Assembly: GCA_035467235.1 (NCBI GenBank)
Contig: DATITY010000612.1
Coordinates: 1 to 59,820 of the forward strand
From: Draconibacterium sp.
GTDB lineage: Bacteria; Bacteroidota; Bacteroidia; Bacteroidales; Prolixibacteraceae
Reading direction: 5' to 3'
Length of the DNA stretch: 59,820 bases
Shown here: in pieces, positions 19,517-28,995 of the stretch
How positions within the stretch are numbered: position 1 is the stretch's first letter
Layout of the letters: each line of letters starts with the position of its first letter
The notes under the pieces: model-generated
Databases searched by the model: none
Told to the model about the DNA's origin: nothing
What the model saw: the letters and a program-made list of their open reading frames with translations, nothing else
Translations under genes and position numbers: made by a program

Positions 19517-20599
19517 TTACGGTTTCACTAATTTGGAACTAATCCGTCCGTCCGGGTGACAATCCTTGCAAGCGACAAAATGAATATCATTTGGACTTTC
19601 GGGCGAAATATAGGTGGTGTTCATCGTTCTTACATCCAGTTTGCAGTTGTTCGATTTTCCGGGGTGGCATTTGTCGCATGAATTCCGCTGATAATTGGTG
19701 TGCGGTTCGTGACATGCCCGGCAACTGATTCCTTCGTGAACGCCGGTGGGAGTGTGGTCGTCGCTGCTGCCTGCCTGATGCCGGACAGATGGAGCGTGAC
19801 ACTGAACACAAAGTCTGTACACCGGATCGGCTGGAGTTTGAACAGTATCGGTTCCATTTAAAATTACCGGGGTTGGCAGGTTGGCCAAATCGAAATGCGT
19901 TTGCTCGTTCCGGTTATAAAATCCGACCGAATTATTTTGCACTACTCTTCCATAAAAAATATAGTTGGGATTTGCATAATCCGGCCGCACTGATGGCAAT
20001 CCGCGACTATGTATTTTATGACAAGTCATACACGGGATGGTTGACATCTCTGTTCTTGTAATATCTTTCATTTTCCATGGGCCTTCAATCGAAATGGGTT
20101 CCACCAAATCGTAAGTTGTTCCCGCGTAAAACATTCCGTGACAGCGCAAACAATCGAAATTCAACTGCTCGGTGGTGTTGTGTTTTTCATCCAGGAAAAT
20201 ATTGGAATAACTGGCCGAATGACCGCTGGCAATCCAGTTTGAATACTCATTTTCATGACAGTTTTTGCAGCGCATCATGGTCTCCAGAATCTGTTCTTCA
20301 GTCATTCTGATATCATCGCGTGAAGGAGCCGATTTTACATGTGTAAATACCATATTGGCTTTTTCAGAAAAACTGTGCCAACCGTTGCTGAGTGCGGTGC
20401 CGTGACATTTAAAACACGATATCTGGCTATGTGCCGAATTTGCCCAGGTTTCGTGAGAAGGATTGATTTCGTGGCAACTGGCGCAGGTTTTTTCAGGGTT
20501 GGCTGTGTTCCAGTACGTGTAGCTTCCACCAAACAGAATAATTAGAATGAATAACAAAACTGGTAATCCAATAGCAATTTTTATAAATTTAATTTTCAT
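19517..20599 (-). CDS. Membrane-anchored multiheme cytochrome c (9 CxxCH)
   Basis: CASCH, CFKCH, CKNCH, CLRCH, CMTCH, CVQCH, CRACH, CDKCH, CKDCH; N-terminal TM helix with NapC/NirT-like first two hemes (W..SAH..ISC..CH). Confidence 0.92.
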   Translation of the reverse strand: MKIKFIKIAIGLPVLLFILIILFGGSYTYWNTANPEKTCASCHEINPSHETWANSAHSQISCFKCHGTALSNGWHSFSEKANMVFTHVKSAPSRDDIRMTEEQILETMMRCKNCHENEYSNWIASGHSASYSNIFLDEKHNTTEQLNFDCLRCHGMFYAGTTYDLVEPISIEGPWKMKDITRTEMSTIPCMTCHKIHSRGLPSVRPDYANPNYIFYGRVVQNNSVGFYNRNEQTHFDLANLPTPVILNGTDTVQTPADPVYRLCVQCHAPSVRHQAGSSDDHTPTGVHEGISCRACHEPHTNYQRNSCDKCHPGKSNNCKLDVRTMNTTYISPESPNDIHFVACKDCHPDGRISSKLVKP

Positions 20600-20644
20600 A
20601 GAGCATTTATTTTAAACCACATAGACACATAGAACACATTAGTT

Positions 20645-22297
20645 TTATTTGAATTTCGTACCGTTCCAGTTTTTCACAATGTAATCGCCTACCCAGTAAC
20701 CAAGCGCCATAATTGTCAGGGCTGGATTAAAACCGCCGTTGGTTACATTTAAACTTCCATCGGCAACAAACAGGTTGTCTATTTCATGAACCTGACCAAA
20801 TTTGTTGGTAACCGAGGTTTTCGGATCGTTTCCCATTCTGGCTGTACCCGATTGATGCTGACCACCGCTCAATCCACCACCTCCAACACTTTGCCATGTA
20901 TAGTAAGCGCCGGCTTCCTTTAGAATTTCTTCGGCCTTGTCCGACAAAAACTGGCAACCAATCCTGTCATATTTGTGTCTTTCACCCGAAAGCCGGACTG
21001 TTGGAATTCCCCAATCATCTTTTACTTCAGGGTCGATGGTAACCCGCGAATCGAAATTTGGAATTTCCTGGAATGGCCCGTGTAACCGAATTACGCGTTT
21101 AAACATACTTCGCTGATATTCCTTGTGTTCAATCCCCCATTGTTTGGCTCCAGGCGGACGCATTTTTGAAAACAAATAGGGCATCGCAGTAAACTCATTA
21201 CACAATACGCCACCACCAATAATATCTTTATTGCCGTGGTTGAAATCACTCACTGCCATACATGCACCAGGTCCAACATCGTCATAAATTTCATCCTTCA
21301 TTAATCCAAACGCTCCGGTGTATGCATGTCCCTGAAGGTTGCGGCCTACCCAGTCGCTATTATTGCCTGCACCGTTAGGAAACAGTTTCGATTTTGAATT
21401 CAGCAGTAATCGGGCGGTTTCTATTGCTGCCGCTGAAACAACAACAATATCAGCGGTTTGAATCTGGCCTTTGTTATTTTCATCGAAATATTTTACTCCT
21501 GTGGCCCGGCCTTTTTCATCGAGCATAATTTCAGCAACCTGGCAATTCGTGCGAAGTTCGCAATTACCCGATTCCAATGCAGTTGGAATCACTGTATTGT
21601 GCGTGCCGCATTTGGCATTTACCGGACATGCAAATCCAACGCAACTGCGCATCCTGTAACATGCCGGCCGGCCGTTGTAACGGACTGAATTGCGTAACAT
21701 TGGAATTGGAAATGGGTGCAATCCCAGTCGTTTTGAGGCATCAACCAGCAATTGTCCTTCGCGGTTATAGGTAAATGGCGGCATTGGATAAGGCTTTTTG
21801 CGTGGTGCAAAAAATGGATTGGCGTTATGTTCGCCGGCAACTCCAATTTCCCATTCTGCTCTTTCATAACACGGTTCCAAATCGAAATAACTGATTGGCC
21901 AGTCATCAAGTGTTGAGCCTTCCACATGGCCATAAACAGATTTCAGTTTAAAATCCTGTTCCATAAACCGCCAGGCCATTGCGCCGTAACTGACTGTTCC
22001 TGAACCTACACATGCCGCATTATTGCTGTATCCTCCTTCACTTGGCAGAACAATCCGGGGCAAACCGTCACCATAAACAACCACCCGGCGATGCCGCTTA
22101 TCATCGGGGCCGAAAGCATTTCCCAAAACAGTGGTTCGCTGCGAAATAAGTTCATCATCATCATGGTCATCATAAGTTGCCCAACCGCCACGTTCAAAAA
22201 GAACCACAGAAAGTCCGGCCACAGCAAGTTCTTTGGCTACAATTCCGCCACCAGCTCCGGCACCTACCACAATTGCGTTTACATGTTTATTTTTCAT
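20645..22297 (-). CDS. GMC-family FAD oxidoreductase (gluconate/sugar dehydrogenase large subunit-like)
   Basis: VVGAGAGG FAD motif, WPISY..LEPCY, Cys cluster C..MRSCVGFAC, VGRNL, HQSGTARMG, NPALTIMAL. Confidence 0.92.
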   Translation of the reverse strand: MKNKHVNAIVVGAGAGGGIVAKELAVAGLSVVLFERGGWATYDDHDDDELISQRTTVLGNAFGPDDKRHRRVVVYGDGLPRIVLPSEGGYSNNAACVGSGTVSYGAMAWRFMEQDFKLKSVYGHVEGSTLDDWPISYFDLEPCYERAEWEIGVAGEHNANPFFAPRKKPYPMPPFTYNREGQLLVDASKRLGLHPFPIPMLRNSVRYNGRPACYRMRSCVGFACPVNAKCGTHNTVIPTALESGNCELRTNCQVAEIMLDEKGRATGVKYFDENNKGQIQTADIVVVSAAAIETARLLLNSKSKLFPNGAGNNSDWVGRNLQGHAYTGAFGLMKDEIYDDVGPGACMAVSDFNHGNKDIIGGGVLCNEFTAMPYLFSKMRPPGAKQWGIEHKEYQRSMFKRVIRLHGPFQEIPNFDSRVTIDPEVKDDWGIPTVRLSGERHKYDRIGCQFLSDKAEEILKEAGAYYTWQSVGGGGLSGGQHQSGTARMGNDPKTSVTNKFGQVHEIDNLFVADGSLNVTNGGFNPALTIMALGYWVGDYIVKNWNGTKFK

Positions 22298-22310
22298 TGT
22301 CAGAATAAAT

Positions 22311-22931
22311 TCAGGCTGTTAATATCGGTGCGGTTTCTTTATTTTTCTCCTCCCCAATTGGTGAGGTGGGGAGGGGCTGCTGTGCACATTTCGATTCGTA
22401 GCGGTTTTGCCCCATAACATGCGGGTAATCCAGTTTCATCATTTTGTAGCTGACGTAATTGACATTACCTCCATGCCTGGGCGAACCATAAAATCCCTGC
22501 ATGGTGTGGTCGAGCATTAGCCGGAAAAAGCCGATTTGGCTGGTTTCTTTCCAAAACTCTTCGGGAAGTTCACCCTTTTCCATGTTTATCATAAATTCAG
22601 TCTGAACAGCAAAATCAAGTTCATAAAAGGCTTTTTGAAATAGTTTTTGTGCTGAATTTTCAATTGCAGGAATACCTTTCCTGTACAGTTCCTGAAAACG
22701 GGTGTACGGGCCAACCAACTGTTTGTCAATGAAATTGATGACATTGGCATCGGTAGCGCCGGGGTCTTTGTCGGCCGGGATGATTTGTTCTGCAAATGCG
22801 ATTACAGTTTTTGCTTCCTGTTCGGTGAAAAACCGCCAAACTGAATCATATCCAGAGCAAGCAGGAATAAACATGATACTGCCACAAGCCAAAGATAACT
22901 GACGAATGAAATCTCTACGGTTGGAATTCAT
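22311..22931 (-). CDS. Gluconate 2-dehydrogenase subunit 3 (gamma)-family protein with Tat signal
   Basis: NRRDFI twin-arginine leader, IIPADKDPGA, FIDKQL, TMQGFYGSPRHGGN. Confidence 0.9.
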   Translation of the reverse strand: MNSNRRDFIRQLSLACGSIMFIPACSGYDSVWRFFTEQEAKTVIAFAEQIIPADKDPGATDANVINFIDKQLVGPYTRFQELYRKGIPAIENSAQKLFQKAFYELDFAVQTEFMINMEKGELPEEFWKETSQIGFFRLMLDHTMQGFYGSPRHGGNVNYVSYKMMKLDYPHVMGQNRYESKCAQQPLPTSPIGEEKNKETAPILTA

Positions 22932-23154
22932 AAGTTTTCGGTTTAAGTTGATGATAACAAATTTAACTTTTTGTGCAATCTGTTATTGCCCGATTTGTAA
23001 TTTGGAATAATTCTATATGGGAGAAAATATTTGTACAGAGGTTTCCGGACCGCCGATTTCATATGCAGATATGATTACGTATCACTCGTCAAAACGGAAT
23101 TAGTGCGGAGGTTTGCAACCGCTGAATAATAAAGCAGTTAAAAACCATAGCACC

Positions 23155-25218
23155 CTATTCAATCCCTATCAGCACCGAAACAAAATAATTTCTTGGATTT
23201 CCGGGATAGTAATACCGTGGCAGGTTGCCACCGACCGAAATTGCATTTACAGCAAGCATTGAAGAATAATGTATATCGAAAATGTTTTGAACTCCGGTTT
23301 TGAACTCAAATTTCAGTTTTTTTATTTTGCCAAAATATTTGGCTTCCAGGTTGGTAATTCCAAAGGCATCCGAATAATCTGTATTTGCATCGTTAACAGC
23401 CATTTTTCCTGTATAGCGGTGCCATAAATTTAAACCGATATTTCTGGTTGGGTTAATATTGGCCAAAACAAACCAGGTGGTTTTCGAAGTTCCGGGTAGG
23501 TTATTTCCCGAATAATCAACATCCTCATCAACAAAATCGCTGAAATGGTAATTGGCAATGGTAGCATTTCCGGTGAACATTAACGATGGAAACTTTAAAG
23601 GGTTGGTCACATTCCATCTGATTTCAGTTTCAAAGCCCGGGTGAAGCGATTTTCCTGCATTCAACCCAACGTATGCATCTTCTCCGGTTCGCCTTGCAAC
23701 CAGCAGATTTTTGATGTAAATACGGTAATAACTTGCCGTAAACTGAATGCGATCGGAAATTTGCGAACGTAAACCGATTTCAGTATTCCAGCCGGTTTCG
23801 GGTTTTATGTCGGGATTAATATCGCCCGCTGGCATCAAAGTTTCTTCGAAAGTTGGTGTTGAAAAACCATGACTAACATTTCCGAAGACAGATAATCTTC
23901 TGTTCACAACAACATTTGCTCCCAACCGCGGTGAAATTATTGGCTTGTAAGTTTGGTTTCCGGATTGATCACCATTTTCTGTGAATTCGTCGGTATAGTA
24001 AAACCGGGTGAGATTGCCGTTAATACCTGCTGAAATAAAAACCCGTTCATGAAAATTTGATTCTAATTGAACAAACAGATTCTCGTACTGCCTTTTTTCC
24101 ATGTTGTCAGACAGTAAATCGGAATTGCCTGAATTGGAAAAAGTGGACCAGTTATATTTTTCACGAAAAAATTCAATCCCTGATGATAAAGTAAATTTGT
24201 TGGGTGAATCGTTAATTGTTTTTTGAACATAAGCACGCCATCCTATGTAATTCGAGTTTTCCTTGAGGCGGTTAAATGGCCTCAGTTCGTCAGCATCGCG
24301 GAAACTGCCAAAAGTTGCTGCTGAAATTTTATGATTATTGTCTGTGGTAATATTCAGCGAGATTCCGAATTGCCCGTTCATATATTCTTCATTCCCTTCA
24401 ATGTTTTGCCAGTTTGCAGCTGCCTTTTCAGGTGACTCCTGAAATGTTGGCAAATCAAGTGAACTTGGAATATATGCTTTCATTTTTGTGCCTTTTAGCA
24501 AAACCTGAAGATTTGCATTTGGCGAAAATGACCAGATTGAATTTATAAGGATATTGGAGCGGTTGGTTTCATTATTGTCGCGGTAACCTTCGCTTTTTAA
24601 TATTGATCCTAACGCAAAAATATTCAGTTTGTCTTCGTTTATTCCTGCCGATAAAATATTTTTAATTGTTCCGAATGAACCAATTGTGGTTTGATTTTGA
24701 GCAAAGTCATTTACCACCGTTTTTGGATGAAATAAAACCACACCCGCCAAACCTGCACCAAACAAGCTTGACGACGGGCCTTTCACAATTTCCACTCTCC
24801 GAATAGCGGTATTTTCCAAATCTTCGAGTGTAGTTTCACCATCACCCGAGGTTAACGGAATTTCGCCAAAATAGGCTTTAATTTTGTTGGTTGCGTATGG
24901 TGAACGTGCGCCAATTCCCCGGATGGTTAACCTGTTGGTATTCAGTGTTCCGTTGTGCATTAAGACTCCCGAAACCTGGTTTAGCGCCTCAACTGTAGTA
25001 AGCGAATTACCCATTTCGAGCTGAAGTGGTGTTATTATGTTTACGGGTGCAGGAATATTAAACAGATTATAAGGCGAACGAAATGCCGAAATCGTAACCT
25101 CATCTATTTTGCCTGATAAAGCGGTGGTGTCTTTTTCGGTTTGCGGGTTTTCCTGACCACTTGCAATTAACCGGAAAAGCAATGTTACTAATAACAATAT
25201 CTGTTTTATTTTATGCAT
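23155..25218 (-). CDS. TonB-dependent receptor
   Basis: DEVTISA TonB box, plug (LTIRGIG, RVEIVKGPSSSLFG), PETGWN, C-terminal GNPRNYFVSV. Confidence 0.92.
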   Translation of the reverse strand: MHKIKQILLLVTLLFRLIASGQENPQTEKDTTALSGKIDEVTISAFRSPYNLFNIPAPVNIITPLQLEMGNSLTTVEALNQVSGVLMHNGTLNTNRLTIRGIGARSPYATNKIKAYFGEIPLTSGDGETTLEDLENTAIRRVEIVKGPSSSLFGAGLAGVVLFHPKTVVNDFAQNQTTIGSFGTIKNILSAGINEDKLNIFALGSILKSEGYRDNNETNRSNILINSIWSFSPNANLQVLLKGTKMKAYIPSSLDLPTFQESPEKAAANWQNIEGNEEYMNGQFGISLNITTDNNHKISAATFGSFRDADELRPFNRLKENSNYIGWRAYVQKTINDSPNKFTLSSGIEFFREKYNWSTFSNSGNSDLLSDNMEKRQYENLFVQLESNFHERVFISAGINGNLTRFYYTDEFTENGDQSGNQTYKPIISPRLGANVVVNRRLSVFGNVSHGFSTPTFEETLMPAGDINPDIKPETGWNTEIGLRSQISDRIQFTASYYRIYIKNLLVARRTGEDAYVGLNAGKSLHPGFETEIRWNVTNPLKFPSLMFTGNATIANYHFSDFVDEDVDYSGNNLPGTSKTTWFVLANINPTRNIGLNLWHRYTGKMAVNDANTDYSDAFGITNLEAKYFGKIKKLKFEFKTGVQNIFDIHYSSMLAVNAISVGGNLPRYYYPGNPRNYFVSVLIGIE

Positions 25219-25378
25219 AATTTATTTCTCTGTCAACTAATACTTAAAAACGCGATTTTTGTTCAGTTTAGTTCATTAAAAAGTTTGACAGCAAATATTA
25301 AATCTGTACTTTTTAAAATATCTCATATTTCGTTACTTTTGAAATTACCCCGAAAAGGGAAAAACTAAATTAAATACA

Positions 25379-26497
25379 ATGAAAAAGCTACTTATTTTAT
25401 TTTTATTTGGAATTGCGAATGCTTCATTTTCCCAATCCCACCCCGAACCGGTTACACTTGAACCCGGTGCAAAAGCCATCGATTTTAAATTAAAGGGAAC
25501 CGATGGAAAAATGTATTCACTTTCATCTTTTAAAGATGCAAAAATACTCGTTATCATTTTTAGCGCTCCGCATTGTCCGACTGCACAGGCCTACGAAGAA
25601 AGGATAATTAAAATTCAAAACGACTACAAAAAACAGGGACTGCAGGTGGTAATGATTAATCCGAATTCGCCGGAGTCGGTTTGTCTGGAAGAGAGAGGTT
25701 ACACCGATTTGGGGGATACTTTTGAAGATATGCAGATTCGCGCCAAAGAAAAAGGCTTTAATTTTCCGTTTCTCGATGATGGAGAAACTGAGGAAACATC
25801 AGCAAAATATGGTCCTGTGGCAACTCCGCACGCATTTGTTTTTGATAACGACAGGAGTTTGCGTTACGTGGGCAGAATTGACGATTCTGAGAAAATTGGT
25901 ACAGCAACCCAACACGATTTGCGAAATGCCATTGATGCAGTGCTTGCCGGGAAAGAGGTGGAAGTGAAAAAGACCAAAGTTTTTGGTTGTTCAATAAAAT
26001 GGAAATGGAAGAACGACACGAGAAAAAAACTGGACAGTGAATGGGCAAAAAAAGAGGCTCCGCTTGAAACACTTTCAATTGCCGCGATGAGGCAATTATT
26101 AAAAAACGATTCGAAAAAACTGCGGGTAATTAATGTATGGGCTTCCTGGTGTGGGCCGTGTATTGCCGAATTCAGCGAACTTGTTGACACGTACCGGATG
26201 TTTATGGGCCGCGATTTTGAAATGTACACCATCAGTACCGACAAACTGGATAAAAAGGAAAAAGTGAAGGAATTTCTGAAGGCGAAAAATGCTGCTCTGA
26301 ATAACAATTTCATTTTCGAATCGGACAATAAATACGATTTAATTGAGAATTTCGAACCCAAATGGAACGGGGAAATACCTTATACAGTTATTGTTGAACC
26401 GGGTGGTAAAATTGTATGGAGTAATTCAGGTGGACTCAATTTCCTTGAATTCAGAAAGGCAATCGTGGAGAATCCTTTGATTGGAAGATACTTTTAG
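25379..26497 (+). CDS. Periplasmic two-domain redoxin (AhpC/TSA-like + TlpA-like)
   Basis: HCPTA and GCSIKW in domain 1; WASWCGPC in domain 2; signal peptide; tacttttg promoter element at 25334. Confidence 0.85.
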   Translation: MKKLLILFLFGIANASFSQSHPEPVTLEPGAKAIDFKLKGTDGKMYSLSSFKDAKILVIIFSAPHCPTAQAYEERIIKIQNDYKKQGLQVVMINPNSPESVCLEERGYTDLGDTFEDMQIRAKEKGFNFPFLDDGETEETSAKYGPVATPHAFVFDNDRSLRYVGRIDDSEKIGTATQHDLRNAIDAVLAGKEVEVKKTKVFGCSIKWKWKNDTRKKLDSEWAKKEAPLETLSIAAMRQLLKNDSKKLRVINVWASWCGPCIAEFSELVDTYRMFMGRDFEMYTISTDKLDKKEKVKEFLKAKNAALNNNFIFESDNKYDLIENFEPKWNGEIPYTVIVEPGGKIVWSNSGGLNFLEFRKAIVENPLIGRYF

Positions 26498-26544
26498 TTC
26501 CGTGTTCAAAGTTCCGTGTTCAAAGTTCAAAGCGTTCAGAGTTT
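26496..26544 (+). repeat. Imperfect heptamer tandem repeat ([a/t]gttc[a/c][a/g])
   Basis: agttccg tgttcaa agttccg tgttcaa agttcaa ..gttcag agttt, starting in the TAG stop of the redoxin gene. Confidence 0.75.
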
Positions 26545-26562
26545 AGTTAGTCAGTTTGAAAG

Positions 26563-27462
26563 ATGTTTGGAATTCAAAATAAAAACCGGTTATTAAATGT
26601 CCTGATTGAAGAGGCGCTTTCTGAAGTTTTAGGGCAAAAAGTAATTATACAGTCCGAAAAGAGTTTGGGCGGGGGATGTATCAATCATGCTTCAAAACTG
26701 GAAACCAATTACGGCAACTTTTTTCTCAAGTGGAACGACAATTGTCCGGCAGATATCTTTATCCGCGAGGCTGAAAGTTTGAAGGAATTAAAAAAAGCAG
26801 CCGGAGATTTTCTGGTTATTCCTGAAGTATTTGCATCGAAATTGATTGATGAAACTCCCGGAATTTTGGCCATGGAATTTCTGGAAAGCGGATATTCTTC
26901 AGGTTCTGATGAAAAGCTGGGCAGGGGATTGGCAAAAATCCATCAGTACAGCAATTCACAATTTGGTTTTTACAACGATAATTATTGCGGAGCAACATTG
27001 CAAAACAATTCCTGGAAAAACAACTGGCCAGAGTTTTTTCGCGATAACCGGCTTCTTTTTCTTTTAAATTTAATTGATGGTAAAAGGCCATTTCCGGCTG
27101 ATGAAAGAAAAATATTTGAAAAGTTAGCAGGAAGAATTGAAATTTTAATTCCTGAAAATTCTGTGCCGGTTTTAATTCATGGCGATTTGTGGTCGGGCAA
27201 TTATATGATTTCTGAAAAAGGGCCATCGTTAATTGATCCTGCTTCGTATTATGCCGACCGGGAAATGGAGTTCTCTATAATTACCATGTTTGGCGGATTT
27301 TCGCAACGGTTTATTGATGCCTACAACGAAGTAAATCAGTTGCAAACCGGCTGGATGCAGAGAAATGGTTTATATCAGCTTTATCATGTTTTAAATCATT
27401 ACTTTTTGTTTGGTGGTGGTTACCGGATGCAGGCCGTTCAAATTGCAAAAAGCTATTTATAA
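26563..27462 (+). CDS. Fructosamine kinase family protein
   Basis: GGGCIN, FFLKWN, LIHGDLWSGN, IDPASYYADREME, YQLYHVLNH. Confidence 0.93.
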   Translation: MFGIQNKNRLLNVLIEEALSEVLGQKVIIQSEKSLGGGCINHASKLETNYGNFFLKWNDNCPADIFIREAESLKELKKAAGDFLVIPEVFASKLIDETPGILAMEFLESGYSSGSDEKLGRGLAKIHQYSNSQFGFYNDNYCGATLQNNSWKNNWPEFFRDNRLLFLLNLIDGKRPFPADERKIFEKLAGRIEILIPENSVPVLIHGDLWSGNYMISEKGPSLIDPASYYADREMEFSIITMFGGFSQRFIDAYNEVNQLQTGWMQRNGLYQLYHVLNHYFLFGGGYRMQAVQIAKSYL

Positions 27463-27480
27463 AAATAAAAAATCATTTTC

Positions 27481-28623
27481 ATGATTACTCAAAAGGCAAA
27501 TGAAATTACTCCGTTTATTGTAATGGAAGTTTTGGAAAAAGCAGCCGAAATGGAACGCAGGGGAATCAATGTAATTCACCTCGAAGTGGGGGAACCTGAT
27601 TTTGATGTACCACCGTGTGTTTCTGAAGCTGTTGGAAAAGCATTTAACGAAGGCCGGACACATTACACACACAGTTTGGGCGACCCTGAGTTGCGTGAAG
27701 AAATTGCCAAACGATACCTTAGTATGTATGGTGTAAAAATTTCGCCCGAACAGATTATTGTGACCTCGGGCAGCTCCCCTGCAATTTTATTAACACTCGG
27801 AGTTTTGTGCGATGTAGATGACGATGTAATTATTTCCGATCCCGGTTATGCCTGTTATGCAAATTTTATCCGGTTTTTAAATGCCAAAGCGGTAAAAGTT
27901 CCTGTGTTTGAAGAGGACGGTTTTCAGTACCGGCCTTCAGAAATTGAAAAAAGGATTACAAATCGAACAAAGGCAATCATGATCAACAGTCCCATGAATC
28001 CGACGGGTAATTTACTTTCGCCTGAAGTAATGAAAGAGTTGCTGAAGTTCGGTATTCCTATCATCTCCGACGAAATTTATCACGGACTGGTTTACGAAGG
28101 ACGGGCACATTCAATTCTGGAATTCACTGAAAACGCTTTTGTTTTGAATGGTTTCTCAAAACTTTTTGCTATGACGGGTTTACGGTTGGGTTATGTGATT
28201 GCTCCAAAACAATGCGTGCGGCCAATGCAGAAACTACAGCAAAATCTTTTTATATGTGCAGGTTCAACCGAACAAAGAGCTGGAATTGCTGCATTGCAAT
28301 CAGCCGGAAACGAAGTGGCAATAATGAGGGAAACTTATAACCAACGTAGAAAATACATTATTGAACGGCTGATTCAACTTGGATTCGATATTAAAGTGCC
28401 GCCAACCGGGGCATTTTACGTTTTTGTGAATGTAAAACATATTTCTGTGGACAGCTATAAACTGGCCTTTGATATTCTTGAAAAGGCGCACGTTGGAGTA
28501 ACGCCTGGAATAGACTTTGGTGAAAATGGAGAAGGTTTTTTGCGTTTTTCGTATGCTAACTCTATAGAAAATATTAAGGAAGGAATGAACCGGTTGGAAA
28601 AGTATCTTGCAGCTTTGAAATAG
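27481..28623 (+). CDS. PLP-dependent aminotransferase class I/II (aspartate aminotransferase-like)
   Basis: GEPDF, NSPMNPTG, ISDEIYH, NGFSKLFAMTGLRLG, GAFY. Confidence 0.93.
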   Translation: MITQKANEITPFIVMEVLEKAAEMERRGINVIHLEVGEPDFDVPPCVSEAVGKAFNEGRTHYTHSLGDPELREEIAKRYLSMYGVKISPEQIIVTSGSSPAILLTLGVLCDVDDDVIISDPGYACYANFIRFLNAKAVKVPVFEEDGFQYRPSEIEKRITNRTKAIMINSPMNPTGNLLSPEVMKELLKFGIPIISDEIYHGLVYEGRAHSILEFTENAFVLNGFSKLFAMTGLRLGYVIAPKQCVRPMQKLQQNLFICAGSTEQRAGIAALQSAGNEVAIMRETYNQRRKYIIERLIQLGFDIKVPPTGAFYVFVNVKHISVDSYKLAFDILEKAHVGVTPGIDFGENGEGFLRFSYANSIENIKEGMNRLEKYLAALK

Positions 28624-28658
28624 AAATATTTTCAGCCATTTAGAAATTACCAGGGGCA

Positions 28659-28841
28659 TCAAATACAACCACACACAAGTCCGTCCGCTAAACTGTCGAG
28701 AAATTCATTTTCAATTTCTTTTTCCTTGTCGGTACCTTTGCAGCTATAACAAACAGGTAAATTTACTTTTGTATTTAGCGCCGAATTTTCAGGTGTAACT
28801 TCAGCCTGACAAACAAAACATTTTTTGTTAAAAACTTCCAT
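28659..28841 (-). CDS. Small Cys-rich putative metal-binding protein (60 aa)
   Basis: CFVC...CYSC pairs plus terminal VCGCI; ATG with A-rich leader. Confidence 0.7.
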   Translation of the reverse strand: MEVFNKKCFVCQAEVTPENSALNTKVNLPVCYSCKGTDKEKEIENEFLDSLADGLVCGCI

Positions 28842-28995
28842 ATAACTTTTTTTACAAAAGTAGTAAAAGCATCCTAAAACTTAACTTTGATTAAGTGCCG
28901 GTTAATCGCGATTTAATTGTCAAAAATAGTTGGTCATACTTCTGCATTGTAATAATTTTCAGGCATAAAGAATTAGGCCAAATCAACTACTCTGC

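Noticed and set aside
23020-23154. Lipoprotein-signal-like fragment (VLWFLTALLFSGCKPPH*) and imperfect gaggttt..accgc pair
   Set aside because: Too short and interrupted by stops; cannot be distinguished from chance.
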